Part shown: positions 19,237 to 28,936 of the stretch, one piece after another
Layout of the letters: every line of letters starts with the position of its first letter
Numbering within the stretch: position 1 is the stretch's first letter
Origin: Patescibacteria group bacterium
Lineage (GTDB): Bacteria; Patescibacteriota; Patescibacteriia; UM-FILTER-42-10
NCBI GenBank assembly: GCA_041666485.1
Contig: JBAYGW010000003.1
Span: 16,415-80,414, forward strand
Direction of reading: 5' to 3'
DNA: 64,000 nucleotides
The notes under the pieces: generated by a model
Databases searched by the model: none
The model's input: the letters and a program-made list of their open reading frames with translations, nothing else
What the model was told of the DNA's origin: nothing
Position numbers and translations under genes: made by a program

Positions 19237-19586
19237 TATGACAGTCCTAATTCATCTTTAGCACTTTCCTTTACCATATCCGGTGTCCAGGGCGGATCCC
19301 AGACTAGGTACACCTTTGCACTTTTTATGCCCGGGAGCTTTTCTAGAACTTCCTGCGCCTGTCTGGTAATCGGACCTGCAAGCGGGCACCCCGGGAAAGT
19401 CAGTGTCATTTTTAGGGTCACAGCATTATTGCGTACCGATAAGCTATATATCAGACCGAGATCAACAATATTGATTCCTAATTCCGGATCCATTACTTCC
19501 CTTAATGCATTCTCAGCTGATTTCTTTGTAATTTTGTCCTGAAGCTTTATTTGTGGCTTTTTTTTATTCATAACGCAGAGCGTCAA
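19236..19586 (-). CDS. DUF59 (MIP18/SufT-like) Fe-S cluster assembly protein
   Basis: 116 aa; VMDPELGINIVDLGLIY motif. Confidence 0.7.
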   Translation of the reverse strand: MTLCVMNKKKPQIKLQDKITKKSAENALREVMDPELGINIVDLGLIYSLSVRNNAVTLKMTLTFPGCPLAGPITRQAQEVLEKLPGIKSAKVYLVWDPPWTPDMVKESAKDELGLS

Positions 19587-20802
19587 TCGGATTTTTTCTT
19601 GCGGCTTTTGATGCCGGCATTATTCCAAATACTATTCCAACAATGACAGATACGCCAAATGCTAATGCTAGTGAAAAAACAGTTATTAGCGCCGGAATGC
19701 CGTAGTATTTGGTAATCAATTGAGTCACTACGTACGCCAGACCAACTCCTATGAATCCGCCCAGTAAACTCAAGACGCTTGATTCAATTAAGAATTGGAA
19801 TAAAATATTTGAGCCGGACGCTCCCAACGCTTTTCTGATTCCAATTTCTCTTGTTCTCTCTGTTACAGACACCAGCATGATGTTCATAATTCCAATTCCA
19901 CCAACAATTAATGATATTGCGGCTATTCCGACGATTGCATTTGTTAATATTCCAAAAAAATCATCAAAGAGATCCAGCATATCGTCAGTTGTTAATACAG
20001 AAAAATCTTTAATTCCCTTATGCCGCTCCAACATTAAACTGTTGACTGTTTCAACACCAGGAGCGACCGCTTCGGTTGAATTGAAATTAATCATTATTCT
20101 AAAAATATTCAGTGCCTCAAGGGTGTCCTCAGCTGTACTGATTGGAATTGTGTATGCTTCATGCAGGTTCGGCATTTGACTCGTCATCATGTTACTATCG
20201 TCACCTCCGCCGCTTAGGAATCCTACATCAGTTTCCACAACTCCGATTACCTCAAATTCCTCTTCTAACACTTTTACTTTCTGCCCGACTGCTGAACCTT
20301 CAAAGTCACGTTTCGCAGCATCACGGCCAACCAGAATTACTTTCGCCTTGTTTTCAATATCTTCGGCAGAAATATACCTTCCTTCAATGGCTTTGATATC
20401 TACTATTTTGTTCATCTGATCATTTGTTGCTAAAACCATCGGAAGATACGGATTGCCTACTGGAGGGGTCACAGCACTTGGCACAATCATGAGCGGCGCA
20501 ACTGCTTTCACATTTTCCACCTCGCTGATTGCATCCACATCCCCCATTGTTAATGCCGACATACTCATAAATGAAGCTGGATTCATTTCGCCATTAGTGA
20601 TATCTCCCGCAATCACAGCCGCTAAATTTCCGCCTAACGAATCAACTGCACCGGTAAATTCTTGTTTTACCCCGTCTCCAATACTGACTAATGTTATTAC
20701 GGAAAACACTCCAATAATTATGCCAAGCATAGTCAATACGGACCGCATACGATTTGCCCAGATTGCCGATAATGCAAAGCGGATACTTTCTAAAATGTTC
20801 AT
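19564..20802 (-). CDS. ABC transporter permease (FtsX/MacB-like)
   Basis: 412 aa; N-terminal TM, large periplasmic domain, C-terminal FtsX 3-TM bundle. Confidence 0.8.
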   Translation of the reverse strand: MNILESIRFALSAIWANRMRSVLTMLGIIIGVFSVITLVSIGDGVKQEFTGAVDSLGGNLAAVIAGDITNGEMNPASFMSMSALTMGDVDAISEVENVKAVAPLMIVPSAVTPPVGNPYLPMVLATNDQMNKIVDIKAIEGRYISAEDIENKAKVILVGRDAAKRDFEGSAVGQKVKVLEEEFEVIGVVETDVGFLSGGGDDSNMMTSQMPNLHEAYTIPISTAEDTLEALNIFRIMINFNSTEAVAPGVETVNSLMLERHKGIKDFSVLTTDDMLDLFDDFFGILTNAIVGIAAISLIVGGIGIMNIMLVSVTERTREIGIRKALGASGSNILFQFLIESSVLSLLGGFIGVGLAYVVTQLITKYYGIPALITVFSLALAFGVSVIVGIVFGIMPASKAARKNPIDALRYE

Positions 20803-21485
20803 ACATTTGCTCCTTCCAATTCGCCGTCCACGATTCTTATTGTTTTATTCGCCCACTTCGCTATCTCAGGATCGTGAGTCACTATTAATAATGTCGTCCC
20901 CCTCTGATTGGCCGCTTTCAGCAGTTCCATAATTTCCCTTCCTGTTTTAGTGTCTAAATTACCAGTCGGCTCGTCTGCTAAAATTATTTCCGGTTGATTG
21001 ACTAATGCTCTGGCAATTGCCGCCCTTTGCGCTTCTCCGCCGGAAAGCTCATTCGGTTTATGGTGCATCCGCTCGGTAATTCCAACTGATTTTATGGCAT
21101 CCAATACTTTTTGCTTCCTTTCGGCTCTTGGCTCCTTAGCATAAATCAGTGGAAGCTCAACATTCTTATAAACGGAATACCTCGGCAATAGGTTATAGCT
21201 CTGGAAAATGAATCCGATTTTTTTGCCGCGCATTTTTGGAAATTCTCGTTTGGCAATTTCTAAAATATTTTGTCCGTCCAGTTCATACAAACCGTCCGTC
21301 GGCCAGTCCAACAGGCCGATAATGTTCATCAGAGACGATTTACCAGATCCCGATGGACCCATAAATGCAACAAAATCCCCCTTTTCTATTTCAAGGGAAA
21401 CATGTTTAATTACCGGAAGAAGCCTCTTTTTGCCTATCTGATACGACTTGTCAATTTTATCTAATTTAATTACTGATTTTGGCAT
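20799..21485 (-). CDS. ABC transporter ATP-binding protein (MacB/LolD-like)
   Basis: GPSGSGKSS Walker A, LSGGEAQRAAIARAL signature, ILADEPTGNLD Walker B. Confidence 0.85.
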   Translation of the reverse strand: MPKSVIKLDKIDKSYQIGKKRLLPVIKHVSLEIEKGDFVAFMGPSGSGKSSLMNIIGLLDWPTDGLYELDGQNILEIAKREFPKMRGKKIGFIFQSYNLLPRYSVYKNVELPLIYAKEPRAERKQKVLDAIKSVGITERMHHKPNELSGGEAQRAAIARALVNQPEIILADEPTGNLDTKTGREIMELLKAANQRGTTLLIVTHDPEIAKWANKTIRIVDGELEGANV

Positions 21486-21761
21486 TTATTTATTTCTTTT
21501 AGCTATCAAAAAAATAAAACTAATAAACAAAGTTACGAGTGTAATCAATTCGGCGAACATTATTGACACAGAACTGGTCTGCACAAAGAATATTCTTGAA
21601 ATGTAGTATATTGCGCCAAAAACAATCAGATTCAGAATAACCAAAAATGCAAACTTCATAACTAGTGACATATGCCCTGCCGGAAGCATTCTTTCCGGAT
21701 TACTCTCCTGTTTGTTCAATAACGGGGTTGGCTTATTTTTTTCGTTATTTTTTTCAGCCAT
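21486..21761 (-). CDS. hypothetical small membrane protein
   Basis: 91 aa, two TM helices. Confidence 0.35.
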   Translation of the reverse strand: MAEKNNEKNKPTPLLNKQESNPERMLPAGHMSLVMKFAFLVILNLIVFGAIYYISRIFFVQTSSVSIMFAELITLVTLFISFIFLIAKRNK

Positions 21762-21797
21762 TGAATTATTATTAATGTTTAGCCTTAATATTATAGC

Positions 21798-22718
21798 CTA
21801 TTTGTTCAGCAATTTCAATAATCTCTCACCCACGGAATATGGAACAGTTCTATTTTTTGAAATATACCCCAGAGGCAGTCCCGGTATGCTCTTATTATGG
21901 AAATCGCTGCCGCCTGTAATCTGCAGATTATTGCGTTCCGCAAATTTCAGCAGATTTTTAATATCTTTTACATAATGATCGGAAGCATATGCTTCTATAC
22001 CGTCTAATCCCATTTTTTTTAATGCTAGAAGATTTTTTGACCAAGTTCCTTTTACCGGCCACAGAGATAAATCCGGGGAATATCTTCTGCCTAACGGATG
22101 GGAAATAAACGCATATCCTCCCGCGTCATGAATAAGTTTGATCGCCTGTCCGGCGGAGAGATTCTTTTTTTCCGCATACGCGGCCGCGCTTTTAACCAAA
22201 TATTTTGCAATAAATTGTGAACGGTCAGGTATAAATCCGAAATTTTTGATTAATATTTTATTATTCCTTTTATCAAATATTACTTGATCGGCAAGATGCG
22301 GACGACCGATAATTTTTTCCGCTCTGTTTCTCACTCCGATGTAGCTGACCGCGTAGCCCAGACGGTTCAGGTTTATAATCATCTTTTTAATGCGGGTCAC
22401 TCGGCTATTAATATAAAACTGGCTTGCTCTCTTCATTGCGATGTGGTGATAATCAAATCCGTATCCCAACAAATGTAATTCTTCCCCTTTGAATGTGACT
22501 GTTATTTCAATTCCGGAAATAAATGGAAATCCGTATTGCTTAGCCTTTTTTTCAACATCATGCATGCCGATTGCAGAATCATGATCACAGACCACTAAAA
22601 TTTTTACTCCAGATTTTTTTGCCATACGGAAAAGCTCTGATGGCGTCAATGATCCGTCAGAGTGGATAGAATGCACCTGTAGATCCACTAGTTTCTGTTT
22701 CCTTTTCATTATAATCAT
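21798..22718 (-). CDS. PHP-domain phosphoesterase
   Basis: 306 aa; DLQVHSIHSDGS...VVCDHDS PHP metal-binding motifs. Confidence 0.7.
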   Translation of the reverse strand: MIIMKRKQKLVDLQVHSIHSDGSLTPSELFRMAKKSGVKILVVCDHDSAIGMHDVEKKAKQYGFPFISGIEITVTFKGEELHLLGYGFDYHHIAMKRASQFYINSRVTRIKKMIINLNRLGYAVSYIGVRNRAEKIIGRPHLADQVIFDKRNNKILIKNFGFIPDRSQFIAKYLVKSAAAYAEKKNLSAGQAIKLIHDAGGYAFISHPLGRRYSPDLSLWPVKGTWSKNLLALKKMGLDGIEAYASDHYVKDIKNLLKFAERNNLQITGGSDFHNKSIPGLPLGYISKNRTVPYSVGERLLKLLNK

Positions 22719-22837
22719 TATATCCCATTTTACAGAATAAATCCCGTTAAAAGCTTATGTGTGGTATTAAACTCCGCGTTCTCTATACCTTTGTGTATTC
22801 AGCCCGCAGCGAGATGCGAAGTATCCTGCTTCTAATG

Positions 22838-22875
22838 GAATAAAAAACCTGCCCAACACGTGAGTTGTGTTTAGA
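22838..22875 (-). terminator. intrinsic terminator downstream of purH
   Basis: imperfect GC hairpin followed on minus strand by TTTTTTATT. Confidence 0.45.
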
Positions 22876-22907
22876 CAGGGTCCTTTTGAAAAATGTGCAA
22901 ACGCCCT

Positions 22908-24497
22908 CTAGTGCCAGAACATCCGGCGATCGGTAAAGAGCATCGCGATGCCCAGTTTGTCCGCGGACCTGATTGAATCCTGGTCGCGAATTGAACCGCC
23001 CTGCTGGACGATCGTCTTGACGCCGAACGTGTCCGCCAGGCGCACGCAGTCGTCAAACGGGAAGAAGCTGTCGGACACCAGCACAGCATGGTGCAGATCC
23101 ATATTCTGCGCCTCCATGTTGTTCATGGCCTGCTCCAGAGCAAGCCGTGCCGACTTGATCCGGCTGGTCTGGCCGTTGCCGATGCCGATCGTCTGCCCGT
23201 TCCAGACCACGATGACCGAGTTGGACTTGACGTGCTTTGACACATTGCAGCCGAAACTGATATCCGACCAGTAGCGGTCCTTGACACCGAGCTTGGTGAC
23301 GCACCGGAACGACCTGCAGTCAAACAGCTCGGTGTCCATCAGCTGGACCACCATGCCGCCGGTCACCGGCTTGAAGTTCAGCGTGCCGAACGGCATGCTG
23401 CAGGAAAGCTCCCCACCCAGTTTGAACAGCGGGGTCTCTGCCCTGGCGCGCTTCTTGGTGATGTGTTCCATCGCCTCCGGCGAAAAATCCAGCGCGACGA
23501 TCGCGTCCACCTTCTGCACGCAGATGGTTTCAGCGACTTCCTCCGTCACCTGGAAGTTGAGTACCACCACCCCGCCGAAAGCCGATTCCGGATCGCACGC
23601 CAGTGCGTTCTGGAAAGCCTTCAGCGGACTGAAGCTGTCCATCGCCACTCCGCACGGCGTACCATGCTTGATGATCGCGACTGCGAATTCCGGGGACAGG
23701 TCGCGGACCGTCTCAATGCCGGCATTGATATCCAGCACAGTGGTGGCCGAGAGCGGCTTGCCCCAGATCTGCTTGGCGTTTGCCGCGGTGTAGCAGTTCA
23801 GACCCGGCAGTTCGTAGAACGCACCCGGCTGATGCGGATTCTCACCGTAGCGCAGATCACACTTCTTCTGCAGACGCTGAACCATCCGATCCGGGAAGCT
23901 GGGGAACTCAAGGCGTTCAGCCAGCCAGTCGGAGATCGTGGCGTCATACCACGCAGTGTGAAGAAACGCCTTGTAAGCCAGTTGCAGACGTTCCAGCGCG
24001 TTGAACCCGACATCTTCCGAAAGACACCGAATCACAAAGCCGTACTGCTCTGGTGAAGTGACCACCAGCACATGGCTGTGATTCTTCGCGGCCGCGCGGA
24101 TCAGTGCCACGCCGCCGATATCAATCTGCTCAATCGCGTCCCGAAATGCCACGGTCCGATCAGCCACCGTCTCTTCAAACGGATACAGGTTGACCACGAC
24201 CATGTCAAACGGGTAGATGCTGTGATCAAACAGCTCCTGCATGTGCGCGTCGCTGTCCTGATCCGCCAGGATCCCGCCGTGGATCTTCGGATGCAGAGTC
24301 TTCACCCTGCCACCCAGAATTTCCGGGAAACCGGTCACCTCCTCTACCGTTCGCACGGGAATTCCGGCTTCCACCAGGTGTCTGGACGTTCCGCCGGAAG
24401 ATACAATCTCCCAGCCATGTTCAAACAGCACGGTGGCAAGCTCAACAATGCCGCGCTTGTCGGACACGCTGATCAGAGCGCGCTGATTTGCTCGCAT
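22908..24497 (-). CDS. purH: bifunctional AICAR transformylase / IMP cyclohydrolase (high-GC gene)
   Basis: ALISVSDKRGIVELA MGS-like domain, GGRVKTLHPKIHGGILA, AICARFT domain; about 60% GC; AAAGGAG SD 7 nt before ATG at 24497. Confidence 0.85.
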   Translation of the reverse strand: MRANQRALISVSDKRGIVELATVLFEHGWEIVSSGGTSRHLVEAGIPVRTVEEVTGFPEILGGRVKTLHPKIHGGILADQDSDAHMQELFDHSIYPFDMVVVNLYPFEETVADRTVAFRDAIEQIDIGGVALIRAAAKNHSHVLVVTSPEQYGFVIRCLSEDVGFNALERLQLAYKAFLHTAWYDATISDWLAERLEFPSFPDRMVQRLQKKCDLRYGENPHQPGAFYELPGLNCYTAANAKQIWGKPLSATTVLDINAGIETVRDLSPEFAVAIIKHGTPCGVAMDSFSPLKAFQNALACDPESAFGGVVVLNFQVTEEVAETICVQKVDAIVALDFSPEAMEHITKKRARAETPLFKLGGELSCSMPFGTLNFKPVTGGMVVQLMDTELFDCRSFRCVTKLGVKDRYWSDISFGCNVSKHVKSNSVIVVWNGQTIGIGNGQTSRIKSARLALEQAMNNMEAQNMDLHHAVLVSDSFFPFDDCVRLADTFGVKTIVQQGGSIRDQDSIRSADKLGIAMLFTDRRMFWH

Positions 24498-24641
24498 TTC
24501 TGCTCCTTTCGTGGCAAACCGTGAAGCTTTCACCGCAAACAACCGTTTGGGAAACGGTTTTTTAACTTATCACTCCGACTGACGCAAGTCAAATCAAAAA
24601 CGGGTGACTTTCACCCGCATTTAATTATGAATGAATATGTC

Positions 24642-25145
24642 CTATTTTGACCGAATCCATTTATCTAGACTGAACCGATTTTTATGGCTTAAAGTGACCA
24701 GGCCAGCCATAACCATAAACAGCAAATCTCTGACATATGTGCTCCAATCCAGAGCGCTTTCGGAATTGAAACACCCGCAGGCAATCAATCCGCCACGGTA
24801 CAGGGTAATTAGGATGGCGATCATAAAACTAAAAAGCATCAGATTAATAATCGTCACGCTGAATCTCGTAAACAATCCTATAACAACCGCAAACCCGAAT
24901 ATCAGTTCAACCCAGGGCAACGCGTAGCCATACCATGTTTCCAGCGGATCGGGCAGAACATTATACTGCCGGACGGTTGCCATGAATTCATCCGGCGCCG
25001 GAATTTTTGACATAGCCGCCATTATAAATACCACGCCCAGTAATATCCGTAGGATCATAGTTGCATAATCATTCACAAATATTTTATTCATTCCAGCTAC
25101 CACTTTTTGATACATTGACTTTTTTTGTAAGTTTGTTTCTTCCAT
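24642..25145 (-). CDS. MauE/DoxX-family membrane protein
   Basis: 167 aa, 4 TM, CGCFN motif. Confidence 0.6.
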   Translation of the reverse strand: MEETNLQKKSMYQKVVAGMNKIFVNDYATMILRILLGVVFIMAAMSKIPAPDEFMATVRQYNVLPDPLETWYGYALPWVELIFGFAVVIGLFTRFSVTIINLMLFSFMIAILITLYRGGLIACGCFNSESALDWSTYVRDLLFMVMAGLVTLSHKNRFSLDKWIRSK

Positions 25146-25171
25146 TAATCCTGCTTTCTAGTGATGAATAC

Positions 25172-25936
25172 TTAATTAATTTTATTGAGCCATTTGATTA
25201 TGCCATTCGCCATTTGTTTTGAATCTCTATCCTGATGAAGCGTGTGCCCGGCATTTTTAATCACTATCCTATTCTTTATTTTAGTATTTAAATCATAATA
25301 AAATTTTCTATTCAATTTCAAAATCCGCGGATCCTCAGCTGAACCGTATATTTGTAATACTGGGCAGTTTATTTTCCTAACATGCATTGGCATATTATAT
25401 TTTTTTGATTCATTATAAACTGCAACCCCTATTTTAACCTGCTTTTTTTGAATTCTGGAGTATTCAAAAGCCCAACCTTGTTTTAATAGCAAAGCAAAAT
25501 TATCTCTCATTTCAAAAACAGCCAGCAAATCGTATGTTGGACTTTGCAGGATCAACCTACTAATGCGCCGATCACGACTTGCAATAATTACTGCGGCTGT
25601 ACCGCCGATTGAATAACCGATAAGAATATATTGCTTTCTTTTTAAATGCTTTAAAACATATGAAACTACCAGCTTAATATCCTGAACGTATCCTCCAACA
25701 GTAAAATCAACCAGCTTTCCTTCGCTTTTTCCTGTACTGTTCGTCGCATCCAAACGAACTGTAGAATACCCTTCTTCTCTTAACTTGCGCGCTACTTTAA
25801 CAACCTGCGGAGTTCCGCCGAATGACCGAAAACCGTGGCAAAGGATTACTAATGGTCCGGGAGACTTACCTCTCCATTCCAAAACGGCATAAATTGTTTT
25901 GCCTTTTTCATTCTTAATTCTGATTTCTTCTTTCAC
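25172..25936 (-). CDS. alpha/beta hydrolase
   Basis: 254 aa; GYSIGG nucleophile elbow, HG oxyanion region. Confidence 0.7.
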   Translation of the reverse strand: MKEEIRIKNEKGKTIYAVLEWRGKSPGPLVILCHGFRSFGGTPQVVKVARKLREEGYSTVRLDATNSTGKSEGKLVDFTVGGYVQDIKLVVSYVLKHLKRKQYILIGYSIGGTAAVIIASRDRRISRLILQSPTYDLLAVFEMRDNFALLLKQGWAFEYSRIQKKQVKIGVAVYNESKKYNMPMHVRKINCPVLQIYGSAEDPRILKLNRKFYYDLNTKIKNRIVIKNAGHTLHQDRDSKQMANGIIKWLNKIN

Positions 25937-25937
25937 A

Positions 25938-26408
25938 CTATGTCCTGTCCAAAATAATTTTTATATCCTCTGATGCCTTCGGTAAAAAACGCGATTGGAG
26001 ATAATGGCAAGTGATTTCCTCATCCAGATCCTGGTTGATGGCACGATTACCCAGACGATGTACGCCGTCCACCACCAAATATATTTCTTTCTCCGGATAA
26101 TATAGAACCAATATATCCCCCGCCGGCACGTCATCGTAATCATAAAAACTTTTGAAGTGGTCTTCATTAACCTTGGTCTGTGCCAGTGCATAAACATCCT
26201 TCAGCCTGACCGGTAAGTACTCATCATCTTTGCCCGCCTCTTCAAAAGCGTTAGTAATAATTCCGCACTTCTGGTATCGTGGCAAATAGTACTCCATAAT
26301 GTCGGATACTTTCTTTTTTTCTGAAAATTCCCGCTTGCCGAAAAACAACCAGGTCTTTTTTATCCGTACACGGATGTCTTTGCTGTATTTTTCCAGAAAG
26401 TCTGACAT
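25938..26408 (-). CDS. hypothetical protein with ParB/Srx-like DGxHR motif
   Basis: 156 aa; LVVDGVHRLGN. Confidence 0.3.
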   Translation of the reverse strand: MSDFLEKYSKDIRVRIKKTWLFFGKREFSEKKKVSDIMEYYLPRYQKCGIITNAFEEAGKDDEYLPVRLKDVYALAQTKVNEDHFKSFYDYDDVPAGDILVLYYPEKEIYLVVDGVHRLGNRAINQDLDEEITCHYLQSRFLPKASEDIKIILDRT

Positions 26409-26537
26409 GCAATAAGTATAGCAATTCCCCGGGTAAAAACAATTCTGGCTTAGATTTTAAAGACCATCTTTGTGTGTTATGCTAGAGGGGTGTAAGGGTG
26501 TAATAGCATTAATTTAAGTAAATCAGAGCAAAAAACC

Positions 26538-27527
26538 ATGAATCTGGATAAGATCTATACAATACTGGCAGACCAGCCGAAATACCGGATAGAACAGGCT
26601 AACGAAGCCATTTTTAAACTACTCATAAACAATTGGGATGGGGCGACAAACTTCCCGAAGGAAATCAGAGAAAAACTGAACCGAGAGTGCCCGCTGGAAA
26701 TAAAAGGTGAACTTTTTGCCTCCAAAGACAATAAAACCAGCAAAGCGCTGATTACACTGGAAGACGGCCAGCAGATTGAAACTGTTCTACTGATTCACAA
26801 AGACGGTCGGCATACAGTATGTGTTTCCACTCAAGCCGGTTGTCCGATGGGGTGCACTTTCTGTGCCACCGGAAAGCTAGGACTCAAAAGAAATCTGAAG
26901 GCGGAAGAAATATTGGCACAGGTACTTTTTTTCTCCAGGATTTTGAAACCGAAGAATGAACGCGTGTCCAACGTAGTTTTCATGGGTATGGGCGAACCGT
27001 TCCTGAATTATGACAATACACTTTCGGCAATCAACTATTTGAATAAAGACTTAGGTATCGGTGCCCGCCGTATCTCCATATCCACCTGCGGAGTAATCCC
27101 GGGGATAGAAAAATTAGCAAAAGAAAAATTACAGCTAAACCTTGCCGTATCGTTGCACGCGCCCAATCAGGAACTGCGTAATAAACTGATGCCGGTCAGC
27201 AAGCATGTTGCTTTAGAAAAACTGCTTTCAGCCGTGGACGACTATATTGCCAAAACCGGCAGACGGGTTATGTTTGAATATTTGATGATCAAGGGTGTAA
27301 ATGATAAAATTGAGTACGCAAAGCAACTGGCCGTGCTGATGGATAAACCTCTTCACATGGTAAACCTGATCGCCTACAACCCTACGGACGTTTTCAAACC
27401 TTCGGACCGGAAAACAATAGAAGCATTCAAAGAAGTTTTGGAAAAAGCGGGTGTTACCGTTACCCAGCGCTACAGTTTCGGTCAGGATATCAACGCTGCC
27501 TGTGGACAGTTGGCTAATAAAAAGTAA
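26538..27527 (+). CDS. rlmN: 23S rRNA (adenine2503-C2)-methyltransferase, radical SAM
   Basis: 329 aa; GCPMGCTFCATG radical-SAM cluster, MGMGEP, RlmN/Cfr C-terminal Cys. Confidence 0.85.
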   Translation: MNLDKIYTILADQPKYRIEQANEAIFKLLINNWDGATNFPKEIREKLNRECPLEIKGELFASKDNKTSKALITLEDGQQIETVLLIHKDGRHTVCVSTQAGCPMGCTFCATGKLGLKRNLKAEEILAQVLFFSRILKPKNERVSNVVFMGMGEPFLNYDNTLSAINYLNKDLGIGARRISISTCGVIPGIEKLAKEKLQLNLAVSLHAPNQELRNKLMPVSKHVALEKLLSAVDDYIAKTGRRVMFEYLMIKGVNDKIEYAKQLAVLMDKPLHMVNLIAYNPTDVFKPSDRKTIEAFKEVLEKAGVTVTQRYSFGQDINAACGQLANKK

Positions 27528-27645
27528 CTCAAGAGAATGATTAATATCTTGAATAAATATTTATTCACATGACTAATTCCATATTTTGTCTAAATTGGGT
27601 AAAATGTAACTATTGGAAAATATATATAATTAATTATCTAATAAA

Positions 27646-28602
27646 ATGATTAAAGAACCAACTCCAGGATTGGAGCAATCAAGAGAATTAATAGAAGAAC
27701 AAGGCCACAACACCAGTGTTCATTTTACATTTGTCCGTCATTCGCAGAAATCATCAGGTCAAGTTTTTGCAGAAGGTGGCAAGGGAATATCGCGATCAAG
27801 TATTTCCGAAGGAGGAAGACAGCGGGCAGAAGTTTATGGACGAGATCAAATGTCCAGTCGAAGAATAAATAAAGCTTATGCTACTAAAGTAGATAGAACA
27901 AAAGAAACATTAAATTATGCTTTTCAGGCAGCAGAAATAAATCCAGATATTCTACAAAAATCAGATAGCTCACAATCTTTCTTCTCACTGCCCGCTTTAT
28001 CGGGCAGTACAGAATTTAATAGACGTTATGATGCTATTATGCTTCCCGAAAGACAAAAATTTATTGACGGGCATTATCCGGGGAGGCAATTTAGTGAACT
28101 GACGCCAGATGAGCAAGAGGTAGCCGCAGAATACGCCGAGGAACCGGCCCTAGAATGGTATCTTTCATATAATAATGAACGACCCGATGAAGAAACACCA
28201 AGCCCGCGTGAACAGGCCGCCTCTGTTGCCTTCAAACTAAATCGACTCGTTAATTTAACGGATTTCATGCCAAATGGCAAAGAATTGGACCTTGTCAGTT
28301 CAGGACATAAAACATCTACTGAAGCATTGCTAAAATATATTATAGAACGACAAGAAAATGGCGAAGTAGTAGTGGGATTTGAAAGCTTGGAACAAATAGG
28401 TGGAAGTTTAAAGATTCTAGATAGCTGGGATTTATATGTTCAAAATGATGAAGGTGGAGAAAAGCATATCATGATGGTGTTGAGACGGGAAAATGGTGAA
28501 ACGCAGGAATATGGACTAAACAGTTCTATTCTAAATGAATTGGCAAAAGAATACATTGAGGCCAGCAGTTTGAAGCCTAAGAAAATAGACTCATTACAAT
28601 AA
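27646..28602 (+). CDS. histidine phosphatase superfamily-like protein
   Basis: 318 aa; FTFVRHSQK (RHG-like) near N-terminus and SSGHKTS near C-terminus. Confidence 0.4.
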   Translation: MIKEPTPGLEQSRELIEEQGHNTSVHFTFVRHSQKSSGQVFAEGGKGISRSSISEGGRQRAEVYGRDQMSSRRINKAYATKVDRTKETLNYAFQAAEINPDILQKSDSSQSFFSLPALSGSTEFNRRYDAIMLPERQKFIDGHYPGRQFSELTPDEQEVAAEYAEEPALEWYLSYNNERPDEETPSPREQAASVAFKLNRLVNLTDFMPNGKELDLVSSGHKTSTEALLKYIIERQENGEVVVGFESLEQIGGSLKILDSWDLYVQNDEGGEKHIMMVLRRENGETQEYGLNSSILNELAKEYIEASSLKPKKIDSLQ

Positions 28603-28606
28603 AGCT

Positions 28607-28936
28607 ATGGCAAAAATATTACTTACCGGCATAGGCGCCAGCCCAGGATATGTAGAAGGCACTGCACGACTATTTCATTCTGGCGATGAACTATTATCAT
28701 TTCATGATGGTGATATTTTAGTAACTATAATAACCGATCCAACCATGGTGACCGCGATGGTAAAAGCATCGGCAATAATTACAGATATCGGTGGTATTAC
28801 ATCCCACCCCGCAATCCTGAGTCGTGAAATGGGTATACCTTGTATTGTTAATACGAAGGAGGCAACAAAGATAATAAGAGATGGCATGCATATTAGTGTT
28901 GATGGTCAAAAAGGAGAAATTTATGTCCTGGATTAA
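28607..28936 (+). CDS. stand-alone PEP-utilising-enzyme mobile (phosphohistidine swivel) domain protein
   Basis: 109 aa; IITDIGGITSHPAILSREMGIPCIV matches the swivel-domain phosphohistidine signature. Confidence 0.7.
   Translation: MAKILLTGIGASPGYVEGTARLFHSGDELLSFHDGDILVTIITDPTMVTAMVKASAIITDIGGITSHPAILSREMGIPCIVNTKEATKIIRDGMHISVDGQKGEIYVLD

Noticed and set aside
19751-20932. Plus-strand ORFs (142, 84, 76 and 159 aa) antisense to the ABC permease
   Set aside because: They are low-complexity translations of the antisense of a well-supported FtsX-like permease gene.
24498-24641. Possible ZTP (pfl) riboswitch upstream of purH
   Set aside because: The conserved pfl elements (GGGUCGUGAC / CCGGG.AGCGAC / CCGCCUGGGC pseudoknot) are not present; only generic hairpins are.
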